NCBI GenBank assembly: GCA_902806335.1
Contig: CADCWG010000290.1
Coordinates: 1-54,035 of the forward strand
Length of the DNA: 54,035 nucleotides
Source of the DNA: an uncultured Thermomicrobiales bacterium
GTDB taxonomy: Bacteria > Chloroflexota > Chloroflexia > Thermomicrobiales > UBA6265
Direction of reading: 5' to 3'
Below, in pieces: positions 1 through 11,118 of this stretch. The position numbers and the translations under genes are program-made. Position 1 is the stretch's first letter, and every line of letters begins with the position of its first letter. The notes beneath the pieces were generated by a model. The model saw only the letters and a program-made list of their open reading frames with translations. It had not been told where the DNA came from and ran no database searches.

Positions 1-928
1 GTTCCCGCGCCTCTGGACACACGGCCGGCTCTCCTGGGAGATGGCGCGCCGTCCGCCGACGGTCCTCTTCGTCCCCGCCCACGTCGTCCCGATGGTCCAC
101 CCCGCGACGGTCGTCACCGTCCACGACCTGGGCTACCTGGTCGAGCCCGCGGCCCACCCTGCCGTGGACCGGCGTCGCCTGGACTGGACCACCCGGTGGA
201 GCGCGCGCGCCGCGCGCCGGGTGATCGTGCCGTCCGGGGCCACGCGGCGGGATCTGGTCCGCTTCTACGGCGTGCCCGAGGCCGAGATCCGCGTGATCCA
301 CCACGGCGTCGGGCCGGAATTCCGTCCCGTCGCCCCGAGTGACGCCGTCGCCACCAGGGCCCGGCTGGGCCTGCCGGACCGCTTCGTCCTCGCGGTGGGC
401 ACGGTCCAGCCACGGAAGAACCTGGGCCGCCTCGCCGTCGCCCTGCGGTCCCTCGCCGCCGCCGGGCTGCCTCACCGGCTGGTCGTCGCCGGACGCCGGG
501 GCTGGCTCGCCGACGCCGTCGAGGCGGAGATCGCCGCCAGCGGGATGGCCGAGCGCGTGGTGCGACTCGACTACGTGGACCCGACCGACCTGCCGGCGCT
601 GTACGGGGCGGCGGAGGCGTTCTGCTTCCCTTCGCTGTATGAGGGGTTCGGTCTGCCGGCCCTCGAAGCGATGGCCACCGGCGTGCCGACTGTCGTCGCC
701 AACCGCGGGGCGCTGCCGGAGGTCGTCGGCGGGGCGGCGATCCTCGTCGACCCGACCGACCCGGCGGCGATCGGCGCCGCGCTCGTCCGGGTGCTGACGG
801 ACGCGGCGGAGCGCGAGCGGCTGGTCGCGGCCGGGCCGCCACGGGCCGCCGGCTTCTCCTGGGACCGCGCGTCCGCCGAGACCTTCCGGCTCCTGCGGGA
901 GGTGGCCGACGAGGGCCGACGACGCTGA
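1..928 (+). CDS. Glycosyltransferase family 4 (GT1 fold), 5'-partial; the reading frame is open to the window edge
   Basis: ORF 41..928 has no upstream stop in frame back to position 2. Contains the C-terminal GT4 signature 'EGFGLPALEAMATGVPTVVANRGALPEVVG' and an N-domain 'TVHDL' motif, but the first ~80 aa expected for the family are missing. Confidence 0.8.
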   Translation, partial: FPRLWTHGRLSWEMARRPPTVLFVPAHVVPMVHPATVVTVHDLGYLVEPAAHPAVDRRRLDWTTRWSARAARRVIVPSGATRRDLVRFYGVPEAEIRVIHHGVGPEFRPVAPSDAVATRARLGLPDRFVLAVGTVQPRKNLGRLAVALRSLAAAGLPHRLVVAGRRGWLADAVEAEIAASGMAERVVRLDYVDPTDLPALYGAAEAFCFPSLYEGFGLPALEAMATGVPTVVANRGALPEVVGGAAILVDPTDPAAIGAALVRVLTDAAERERLVAAGPPRAAGFSWDRASAETFRLLREVADEGRRR

Positions 929-1064
929 TAGGTCACGCCGCCGAGCCTTCCCGGGAACCCCGCGTCCGGGAGAAACGTCGTACCAGCGGTCGCGCCCTGG
1001 GGTGCCGCACCTGGCACAGCCCGTGCAACAAGGTCGCGGGCTACTTGACGGAGAGGTGGGGCAG

Positions 1065-1586
1065 ATGGCGGCGTCCGGGCGGCTGATCGGAATCCTGCTG
1101 ATCGGCGCCGGGGTCGTGCTCGGGGTCGCCGGCGGGGTCTGGCTCGCGACGAACGTGAGCGAGGGCACCCTGCGGGGGAGCGGCGCCGCGTTCGGCGCCA
1201 TCCTGCTCTTCGGCTTTCTCGTCCTTCCCCTGGTCGGCGGCGGGGCCTTCTTCCTCGCCCGCGGCACCGCGGAAGCCAAGGACCTCTCCCGGGTCCGCGA
1301 GCAGCGCCGTCTGCTCGACATCGTCAGCACCCGCGGCCAGGTCGCGATCAGCGACCTCGTCCTGGAGACCGGCTCGACGCGGGACAAGGTGCAGAGCGAC
1401 CTCTACGACCTGGTCGGACGCGGCCTCTTCAGCGGCTACGTGGACTGGGCGAAGGGCACCCTGTTCTCAGTCGAGGCCCGCCAGCTCCAGGGGCGCCACA
1501 ACTGTCCCAACTGCGGGGGTCAGGTCGAGCTGGGCGGCAAGGGGCTGATCAAGTGCCCCTACTGCGGCGCGGAGATCTTCCTCTAG
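1065..1586 (+). CDS. Small membrane protein with C-terminal CxxC..CxxC zinc ribbon (CPNCGG...CPYCGAEIF). ORF opens at 1002; the likely start is the ATG at 1065 behind a 'ggagaggtgggg' RBS.
   Basis: Two predicted TM helices (LIGILLIGAGVVLGVAGGVWLA; FGAILLFGFLVLPLVGGGAFFLA) followed by a zinc-ribbon motif. Sits immediately upstream of the PspA cluster. Confidence 0.55.
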   Translation: MAASGRLIGILLIGAGVVLGVAGGVWLATNVSEGTLRGSGAAFGAILLFGFLVLPLVGGGAFFLARGTAEAKDLSRVREQRRLLDIVSTRGQVAISDLVLETGSTRDKVQSDLYDLVGRGLFSGYVDWAKGTLFSVEARQLQGRHNCPNCGGQVELGGKGLIKCPYCGAEIFL

Positions 1587-1619
1587 GGAAGCCTCCCCCG
1601 AGGAAACGGGCACGAAGCG

Positions 1620-2738
1620 ATGGCCCGACGGGGGCTTGACCGGCCGGAGATGGAGCGAACCATGGGCGGCACCACGAACGAGTTCGACCGCCGGACCGCC
1701 GCCGGGGCGGACGGGGGCGACGAAGCCGAGCGGATGGGCCGTCGGGTCACGAGCCTGCTCGAGCGGGTCCCGGGCTACCGCGGCTACCGGGACAAGGAGG
1801 ACCGCCGCGACGCCGACCGCCGGGTCCGCGACCACCTGGCGGTCGCCTTCGGGAACCAGGCGGAGCGGGTCGAGCGGGTCGCGCACGACCTCGCCACCCA
1901 GCGTCGGATCATGGACATCGGTCCGGTCGACGGCTTCGCCGGGTCGATCCGGCGCCTGATCGACCGGATCACGACCGCCAGCTACGGTTACGGCGGACTC
2001 TTCGGCGAGCGGGATGTGGACGCCGCCGCGCTCGACCAGCTGCGGCGCTTCGACGAGGGGTTGCTCGCGGGTGTCGGCGAGCTTGACGACCCGCTCCAGG
2101 GCCTCGAGGCGGCGCTCGTCGCCGACGGCGACCTCCAGGCGCCCGCCCGCGAGGGCGAGCGGCGCGTCGCGGCGATCCTCGCTCGACTCGACCTGCGCGG
2201 TCAGGTCGTCGAGCAGGGCAAGCCCGCCGAGGAGAGCAAGGTGCTCGCGGTGCTGGGCGGGCCGGACCCGGCGACCGCCACGCCGCCCACCTGGAACCTG
2301 GACGCCGGCGAGGCGCTGACGGTCCTCGGTGACGACTTTCTGGTCGACGCCCGGCTCGACCTTGCCGCGGAGCGCCCGCTGCGGCTGTTCCGGCTCGGCG
2401 GCGGCGGGGGGGAGCGGTGGCTCCTGGTGCCGGACCGCGGCGACGGCGACTTCGCCCTGCTCGCCCCGACGGGTGGCAGCGTCGAGCCGGGGCCGCCGCC
2501 GACCATCGACGGCACGCCCTTCGCGGAGCGTTCCGGCGGGACGGGCGACGGCGAGTTGGTCGGCCCCGGGGGGGCATCCGGGCGACGGGCGCTCCGCTAC
2601 GCCGTCCTGGTCGGCACAGAGGACCCAGCGGCCAGGGCCGTCGTACTGGACTGGCAAGGGGGTGAGCGGCAGGTGCTGGTCGGACGGCAGACCCACCCCA
2701 ACGACATCGAGGTCTTCGGCAGACCGACCGGCTCCTAG
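1620..2738 (+). CDS. Hypothetical protein (372 aa) with an acidic/Arg-rich N-region and a Gly-rich beta-like C-region. May be a PspA-associated protein (DUF4178-like).
   Basis: Long ORF with high-GC3 codon usage and a 'gagga' SD upstream. No recognisable catalytic motif. Lies between the zinc-ribbon protein and pspA. Confidence 0.55.
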   Translation: MARRGLDRPEMERTMGGTTNEFDRRTAAGADGGDEAERMGRRVTSLLERVPGYRGYRDKEDRRDADRRVRDHLAVAFGNQAERVERVAHDLATQRRIMDIGPVDGFAGSIRRLIDRITTASYGYGGLFGERDVDAAALDQLRRFDEGLLAGVGELDDPLQGLEAALVADGDLQAPAREGERRVAAILARLDLRGQVVEQGKPAEESKVLAVLGGPDPATATPPTWNLDAGEALTVLGDDFLVDARLDLAAERPLRLFRLGGGGGERWLLVPDRGDGDFALLAPTGGSVEPGPPPTIDGTPFAERSGGTGDGELVGPGGASGRRALRYAVLVGTEDPAARAVVLDWQGGERQVLVGRQTHPNDIEVFGRPTGS

Positions 2739-2865
2739 GGCCGCCTGCCCACCGGTGCGGGCCGGTGGCCGGTTCCTATCCGAGAATGGTCACGGTCGCC
2801 CGGGGCGACCACTCGTACGATCGCCAGACCAGCGCGCGTCGCCGGTCCAAGGGAGGAACGACCAG

Positions 2866-3621
2866 ATGGGCATGATGGATCGTATCTCGCGCCTCGTCCG
2901 CGCCAACGTCAACGACGTGCTCGACCGGGCCGAGAACCCCGAGCAGATGCTCGACCAGATCCTGCGCGACATGCAGTCGAACATGACGACCGCCCGCTCG
3001 CAGGTGGCGTCGATGATCGCGCAGGAGAAGGAGCTGGAGGCCGACCTCAACGAGACCCGCCAGCTGGCCGCGGAGTGGGGCAGCAAGGCCCAACGCGCCG
3101 TGTCCGCCGGCAAGGACGATCTCGCCCGCGAGGCCCTGCGCCGCAAGCGGGACAACGAGGAGAACGCCCGCGTCTACGCGCAGCAGCACGCCGCGCAGGA
3201 GCAGATGGTCGAGAAGCTGAAGGCGCAGCTTCGCCAGCTGGAGGCGAAGTACCAGGCGACCCTCAGCCAGCGCGACACGATGATCGCCCGCCAGCGTCGT
3301 GCGCGTGCCCAGCACCAGGTCTCGCAGTCGCTCGCCACCTTCTCGCCGATGGACCCGTCCTCCGAGCTGGAGCGAATGGAGCGCAAGATCCGGAGCCAGG
3401 AGGCGCAGGCAGCTGCCCTGACCGAGGTGGGCGATACCTCGTTCGATGCCCAGTTCCGCGAGCTGGAGTACGACGACGACGTCGAGCTGGAGCTCGCCGC
3501 GCTGAAGGGCGACGCCGCGCTTCCCGCCGGCAACGTGCCCACATCCGGCATGGGCCAGGACGACGTGGCCGTGACCGCGACCGACGCGCACGGCGGCCAG
3601 TCCAGCAGCGGCTCGGCGTAG
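2866..3621 (+). CDS. pspA: Phage shock protein A / IM30 (PspA/Vipp1 family, ESCRT-III-like)
   Basis: The stretch 'MGMMDRISRLVRANVNDVLDRAENPEQMLDQILRDMQSNMTTARSQVASMIAQEKELEADLNETRQLAAEWGSKAQRAVSAGKDDLAREALRRKRDNEE' is the canonical PspA N-terminal coiled coil. The ATG at 2866 follows a 'gggagga' RBS at 2851-2857. The ORF-track ORF 2329..3621 is an unterminated upstream extension. Confidence 0.9.
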   Translation: MGMMDRISRLVRANVNDVLDRAENPEQMLDQILRDMQSNMTTARSQVASMIAQEKELEADLNETRQLAAEWGSKAQRAVSAGKDDLAREALRRKRDNEENARVYAQQHAAQEQMVEKLKAQLRQLEAKYQATLSQRDTMIARQRRARAQHQVSQSLATFSPMDPSSELERMERKIRSQEAQAAALTEVGDTSFDAQFRELEYDDDVELELAALKGDAALPAGNVPTSGMGQDDVAVTATDAHGGQSSSGSA

Positions 3622-3632
3622 CGGTATCTCTG

Positions 3633-3666
3633 CCGGGGGCGGGGGCAGACCATGTCCCGCCCCCGG
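3633..3666 (+). terminator. GC-rich hairpin (11-bp stem ccgggggcggg/cccgcccccgg, ~12-nt loop) 12 nt after the pspA stop, with no U-tract. Likely an intra-operon attenuator.
   Basis: A perfect inverted repeat is read directly from the sequence at 3633-3643 and 3656-3666. Confidence 0.5.
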
Positions 3667-3740
3667 CCTCTGACCGGAGCAGTCCCAGTCCCGGCCGCCC
3701 TCGTGCTTCGGGCGCGGCGCGCCAAGGAGCCGACCCCACG

Positions 3741-4826
3741 ATGGCCATCCTCGACCTGATCGAGCATCCGAATGAGATGAGCGGCGAGATCGTTCGCCGC
3801 GTGCCCGAGGGCGACTCCGGGGAGTTTCGGCTCGGCTCGCAGTTGGTGGTCCGGGAGGGCCAGCGGGCGATCTTCGTCCGCGACGGCAAGGCCCTCGACG
3901 TCTTCGGGCCGGGCCGGCACACGATCTCGACCAACAACATCCCGCTCCTGACGGGGCTGATCGGGTTGCCGTTCGGTGGCCGGTCGCCCTTCACGGCCGA
4001 GGTCTACTTCGTGTCGATGCGCGAGTTCACCGACATGAAGTGGGGCACCGCCCAGCCGGTCGTCTACCGCGACTCCGAACTCGGGATGGTCCGGCTCCGC
4101 GCCTTCGGCACCTACGCGATGCGGGTCGCCGACCCCCAGGTCTTCGTCGGCACGGTGGTCGGCGCCCGCGGCGCCTACACCACGGCGGCGATCGACGACT
4201 TCCTCAAGAGCGTGGTGATCAACGAGTTCAACGACCTGCTCGGCGAGGTCCAGACCTCGATCCTCGATCTCCAGCGGATGACGGGGGAGATCGCCGACGG
4301 GGCGCGGCACGCGCTCGGCGACGACTTCCAGCGGCTCGGCCTGGCGCTGACCGCGTTCAACATCTCGGCGATCACCCCGCCGGACGAGGTGATGCGCCGG
4401 ATCGACGAGCGCTCGGGGATGGCGGCCCTCGGGGACATGGGCACCTACACGCAGTTCCAGGCCGCGCAGGCGCTGCGCGACGCGGCCCAGAACCCGGGCG
4501 GCGCCGGGGACGCCACCTCGACAGGGGTGGGGTTGGGCGCGGGCCTCGGGCTCGGCCAGGCGATGGCCGGTGCGGTCAGGGCCGGGTTCGCGGGCCAGGC
4601 CGCGCCACAGCAGGCCGCGCCTCAGCAGGCGGCGCCCGCCGCCGCGCCAGCGACGACCACCTGCCCGAACTGCCAGGCGACGGTCGCGGCCGGCGCGAAG
4701 TTCTGCCCGAACTGCGGCAAGGCGCTCCAGGCCGCGCCGGTGGTCTGCCCCAAGTGCGGCACCCAGAACCAGGCGGGAGCCAAGTTCTGCACAAACTGCG
4801 GCACCGGCCTGGCTACCGGGGGATAG
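3741..4826 (+). CDS. SPFH/Band-7 (flotillin-like) domain protein fused to a C-terminal double zinc ribbon through an Ala/Pro/Gln-rich linker
   Basis: 'MAILDLIEHPNEMSGEIVRRVPEGDSGEFRLGSQLVVREGQRAIFVRDGK...' matches SPFH-domain (YdjI/virion-core-like) proteins. The C-terminus carries CPNCQ..CPNCG and CPKCG..CTNCG (four CxxC pairs, two ribbons) after the 'QAAPQQAAPQQAAPAAAPATTT' linker. Confidence 0.85.
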   Translation: MAILDLIEHPNEMSGEIVRRVPEGDSGEFRLGSQLVVREGQRAIFVRDGKALDVFGPGRHTISTNNIPLLTGLIGLPFGGRSPFTAEVYFVSMREFTDMKWGTAQPVVYRDSELGMVRLRAFGTYAMRVADPQVFVGTVVGARGAYTTAAIDDFLKSVVINEFNDLLGEVQTSILDLQRMTGEIADGARHALGDDFQRLGLALTAFNISAITPPDEVMRRIDERSGMAALGDMGTYTQFQAAQALRDAAQNPGGAGDATSTGVGLGAGLGLGQAMAGAVRAGFAGQAAPQQAAPQQAAPAAAPATTTCPNCQATVAAGAKFCPNCGKALQAAPVVCPKCGTQNQAGAKFCTNCGTGLATGG

Positions 4827-4854
4827 CCGCCCCCGATCACCGGAGACCGCTCGG

Positions 4855-4896
4855 AGCGAGGAGGTCGGCTCGTCCGGCCCCCTCGCTTTGTCTTTG
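4855..4896 (+). terminator. Rho-independent terminator after the SPFH gene: 7-bp stem agcgagg/cctcgct followed by ttgtcttt
   Basis: Inverted repeat followed by a T-rich run ~30 nt after the stop at 4826. Confidence 0.5.
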
Positions 4897-5582
4897 GCGA
4901 TCTGCGGATCCGAACCCAACTCCGCGTGTAACAGGCCCCTGCGTCGCTGATCTCTGGGTCGATCCCCGGCCTGTCCTCGGCATGTCTTCGGCTTGTCTTC
5001 TCCACGACCCGCTAGATCTCCTGTTGCACGAGGAGCCTCCAACCCGTCGTAGCGCCTCTCTCGCCGGACACCCTGCCGTTTGCCGACGCCTTCGACGCGC
5101 TGCCACACAGCCCCGTCGACGACAGGGATTCACCACCAGGAACCGCGGTTCTTAGCGCGCCTGCCTTCTGGACAGCTAACGCGGAACTCGGGTGATCGCC
5201 GGGTCTTCGCCCGGCGGTCCCGCGGCCGGCTTCAGCCCACTTCGTGCCTGAGCCCCGGGCTTGCCCAGGGCGGGCCCGGCCGCCAGCGCGCCCCCAAACC
5301 ACTATTGGACAGACGGATTCCGTATACCGCCACTGATCGCCTTGCACTGGCACCGTCGACAGCGGCGGCCACGGGTGCCGCCTAAGGATCTTCGCCGACT
5401 CCTTTGCCGGACTGCCTGGCAGCGGGCCTGGCAACCGCCGGTGAAGATCCGGGGTAGGCATGGAGACGCACCGAGGCTTGTGCATCTCTGGCCGATTGTG
5501 CGTCCGTCATTGACGGCGGGGCGGCTGGTCGTTACGGTTCGCACCAAGGCGCACGAAGAGTCTGACGAGGGCAGGCGGCGGG

Positions 5583-5927
5583 ATGGCAACGGCGGCGGGT
5601 ATCACGGCGGCAGACATCCGCACACTGATGGACCAGCGGGGGCTCACCCAGCACCAGCTCGCGGCGTTGCTGCGGCCGCCGGTCAGTCACACGACCGTCG
5701 GCCGCTGGCTGCGCGGAGCCACGCCGTATCCCCGACACGCCGTCCAGCTCCGAGGGCTGCTTGCCGGAGGGACCGAGGCGGGGGGTGCACCGGCCACGCC
5801 GACTCCACGCTCGGCCGTCGCCCCAGCACCGGGTTGGACCGCAGGGCGGGCTGGCACCACCAGACGTGCGACCACAGCCCCCGTCGCGGGACGGGGGTAC
5901 GCGAATCGGACGGAAGGCAGAAACGGG
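5583..5927 (+). other. In-frame 115-codon upstream extension of ino1 that encodes an XRE-like helix-turn-helix followed by a low-complexity Ala/Pro/Thr/Arg linker
   Basis: '[36 protein letters not shown]' resembles HTH_XRE. There is no stop codon between this segment and the Ino1 catalytic domain. Confidence 0.45.
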
Positions 5928-7100
5928 ATGAGTGAGGCGATCGGCGACGGGTTCGGCGGCGAGCGGCAGCGGGAGAAGGTCCGCGTCGCGATCATCGGCG
6001 TGGGCAACTGCGCCTCGTCGCTGGTCCAGGGCGTCCAGTACTACCAGAACGCGCGCGAGGACGAGTTCGTCCCCGGGCTGATGCACGTCAACCTGGGCGG
6101 CTACCACATCCGCGACATCGAGTTCAGCGCCGCGTTCGACATCGACGCCAACAAGGTCGGCAAGGACCTGTCCGAGGCGGTCTTCACCGAGCCGAACAAC
6201 ACCATCAAGTTCAGCGACGTGCCGCACCTCGGCGTGCCGGTGCACCGCGGGATGACCCACGACGGGCTCGGCAAGTACCTCTCCCAGGTGATCACCAAGG
6301 CCGATGGCCCGACGGCCGACATCGTCCAGATCCTGCGCGACACCCGCACCGATGTCGTCGTCTCCTACCTGCCGGTTGGCTCCGAGATGGCGACCAAGTG
6401 GTACGTGGAGCAGATCCTCGAGGCCGGCTGCGGCTTCGTGAACTGCATCCCCGTCTTCATCGCCCGCGAGGAGTACTGGCAGAAGCGCTTCCTCGACAAG
6501 CGGCTGCCGGTCGTCGGCGACGACATCAAGAGCCAGGTTGGCGCGACGATCACCCACCGGGTGCTGAGCCGCCTGTTCGCCGACCGCGGCGTCCGCGTCG
6601 ACCGCACCTACCAGCTCAACTTCGGAGGCAACACCGACTTCCTGAACATGCTCGAGCGCGAGCGTCTCCAGTCGAAAAAGATCTCGAAGACGGACGCGGT
6701 GACGTCGCAGATCGACTACGTGCTGCCCAGCGCCGACGTCCACGTCGGCCCGTCGGACTACGTGCCCTGGCTCCAGGACCGGAAGTGGGCGCACATCCGC
6801 CTCGAGGGGACTACCTTCGGCGACGTCCCGCTGAACGTGGAGCTCAAGCTGGAAGTCTGGGACTCGCCCAACTCGGCCGGCGTGGTCATCGACGCGGTCC
6901 GCTGCTGCAAGCTGGCCCTTAACCACGGGATCGGCGGGGCGCTCCTCGGGCCGTCCAGCTACTTCATGAAGTCGCCGCCCGAGCAGTACCACGACGACCT
7001 CGCCCGCGACCGGACCGACGAGTTCATCGGCATCTACGGCGAGCAGAGCGCGGCCCACGCCCCGGCGGCGACCGCCGAGGTCGCCACCGGCGACGACTAG
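5928..7100 (+). CDS. ino1: myo-Inositol-1-phosphate synthase (Ino1, actinobacterial/archaeal type). Possibly translated from 5583 as an HTH fusion.
   Basis: '[22 protein letters not shown]...[19 protein letters not shown]...[11 protein letters not shown]...SKKISKTD' are hallmark MIPS motifs. The ATG at 5928 has a 'ggaagg' SD ~10 nt upstream. 390 aa fits the family size. Confidence 0.9.
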   Translation: MSEAIGDGFGGERQREKVRVAIIGVGNCASSLVQGVQYYQNAREDEFVPGLMHVNLGGYHIRDIEFSAAFDIDANKVGKDLSEAVFTEPNNTIKFSDVPHLGVPVHRGMTHDGLGKYLSQVITKADGPTADIVQILRDTRTDVVVSYLPVGSEMATKWYVEQILEAGCGFVNCIPVFIAREEYWQKRFLDKRLPVVGDDIKSQVGATITHRVLSRLFADRGVRVDRTYQLNFGGNTDFLNMLERERLQSKKISKTDAVTSQIDYVLPSADVHVGPSDYVPWLQDRKWAHIRLEGTTFGDVPLNVELKLEVWDSPNSAGVVIDAVRCCKLALNHGIGGALLGPSSYFMKSPPEQYHDDLARDRTDEFIGIYGEQSAAHAPAATAEVATGDD

Positions 7101-7128
7101 CGCTTGCCCGACCTCCCCGTCACACCTA

Positions 7129-7176
7129 GCCGGCGCGCCCGTCCCCAACGCTGTGGGCGGGCGCGCCGGCGTTTTC
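7129..7176 (+). terminator. Rho-independent terminator of ino1: 13-bp perfect stem gccggcgcgcccg/cgggcgcgccggc followed by GTTTT
   Basis: Perfect inverted repeat at 7129-7141 and 7158-7170 followed by 'gtttt' at 7171-7175, 29 nt after the stop. Confidence 0.75.
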
Positions 7177-7847
7177 CGAGCGGGTCGATCCCACGCGCGG
7201 AACCGACAGGGTGGGGAACACCGAGACGGTCGGGGCCGGGTTGCTGACGACCGGCTGGGTCGGTGGAGAACCGGCCCGGTTGCCAGCGGGACAAGGCCCC
7301 GGTGTCGCTCGGCGACCCCGCGTCCGCGGCCCCCTCACGGCGTGACTCGCGGTCCGGCCGGGGCACTGGCAGGTTGGACCGCTCCGTGGTCCCCGGTGAG
7401 CCCGCAGAACGGACCACGGCAAGCGAGGCCCTCACGTCGTCACGAGGGGCGAGCGGCGCTCGTGGCCGAGACCAGGCTATCGTCCCCCGGACGCTGAGAA
7501 GCCGCCGAAGGCTCCTGAGCGCGCGGTCGCAACGATTGAGCCCGTCCGTGCGTACCCGCGGATGCCGAGCGCCTACGGGCGTCGCCAGCCGGACGGACGC
7601 TCCGTGCCGGCCGGCCGTCACGCTGGCTCCGGGAACGCGTCGACGCTCCCCCGTGTCGTGGGCCGCATCGACGCACGGTGGAAGTCCGCCCGGTTGCGCG
7701 GACCGCGTTGACGCCCCCGGACGGCAGATCTGTTGGTGTCCGGCGCCACGGACCCGGCGGGCACCGCCCGGCCGGCTCGCTAGCTTGGACCGAGGGGCAC
7801 CCCACTCCCCCACCCAACCCCCCATCCGAGCGCGAGCGAGTGACCGG

Positions 7848-7872
7848 TTTTCGGCGTACGTACGCCCGAAAA
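7848..7872 (+). promoter_or_regulatory. Near-perfect 25-bp palindrome TTTTCGGCGTACG|TACGC(C)CGAAAA ~85 bp upstream of gyrA. Candidate operator or 5'-leader hairpin.
   Basis: Inner CGTACGTACG is a perfect palindrome. The outer TTTTCGG/CCGAAAA arms pair with one bulged C. Preceded by a C-rich tract at 7801-7828. Confidence 0.4.
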
Positions 7873-7955
7873 CAGGGCGCGGACGGCGCCGCCAGGTGGT
7901 ATACTTCTTATGTCTGTCTGAGGCCAATCCTGGTCCGCTGCGAGGGAGTGTGCGC

Positions 7956-10532
<2,577 letters not shown>

Positions 10533-10567
10533 GGCGTCCGCGCCGCACAGCGCCGCATCCGGGCGCG

Positions 10568-10596
10568 GATTGGCCCCGCCGTTGGCGGGGCCAATC
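10568..10596 (+). terminator. gyrA terminator hairpin (13-bp stem gattggccccgcc/ggcggggccaatc, 3-nt loop, no U-tract), typical of high-GC actinobacteria
   Basis: Perfect inverted repeat 35 nt after the gyrA stop. Confidence 0.6.
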
Positions 10597-11118
10597 GGCG
10601 CCCGTTATCGTCGGTACTCCGGCCCTCCGATGGCGCGGCGCGACGATGCCCTGGCGTGGCGACAGGGTGCGTCCTGGTCGGGCCCGGGTCGCCTGGCGTC
10701 ACTCCGGAGTCATGCCGAGCGCGGGCCGTTGCCGGGAGGACCGGTGGCGCGCCGGTGACAGGGTCCGCCCGGAGTTGAGCCCCGGGGTAAGCGACGAAGC
10801 CGGCTGACGCCGACTACGAGTCCGCCGGGCGAAGCGGCAGCGGTCACCCGGATTCGGGATCAGAAATCGAACCGGATCCCGGTAACGGCCGGCGGAGTCG
10901 GGGGGAATGGAGGGCTCGGCTCGCCCGGGGCTAGCTTCGAGGCCAGAGGCCGAGGCACCAAGCCCGCTGAGGTCGGCGGCCGACCTGCCAGGCGAAGCGA
11001 TAACGGCCGCCGCCATCCCCACGCCGCCGCCGGCAGGGTCGCTTACAGCGTGCGTCGGGGCCTCGGGCCGACGCGTGGCACCAGAGGATGCCCGCCTGCG
11101 GGGAGGAGTGCGTCGTCC

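Noticed and set aside
1467-2696. 409-aa ORF on the minus strand antisense to the 1620..2738 gene. Similar long antisense or offset ORFs include 114..842-, 3174..5108-, 5532..7148-, 7908..10424-, 19030..20430-, 26426..28855-, 28609..30258-, 41675..44356- and 49037..50842-.
   Set aside because: Typical high-GC 'shadow' ORFs. They are rich in Arg/Pro/Gly/Ala, have no recognisable domains, and lie opposite genes with clear homologous signatures. The frame with conserved motifs was taken as coding.
4860-5020. Possibility that the TGTCTT/GATC-rich island is oriC, given that gyrA is nearby
   Set aside because: No dnaA or dnaN is present. The repeats do not match TTGTCCACA-type DnaA boxes. Only ~150 bp is AT-enriched. 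It is kept as a low-confidence regulatory-repeat finding instead.
10850-10885. tRNA-like T-loop resemblance (ccggTTCGATTtc on the minus strand) within the hairpin gggatc...gatccc
   Set aside because: The flanking sequence cannot form a 5-bp T-stem, an acceptor stem or a D-arm. It is a simple hairpin, not a tRNA.
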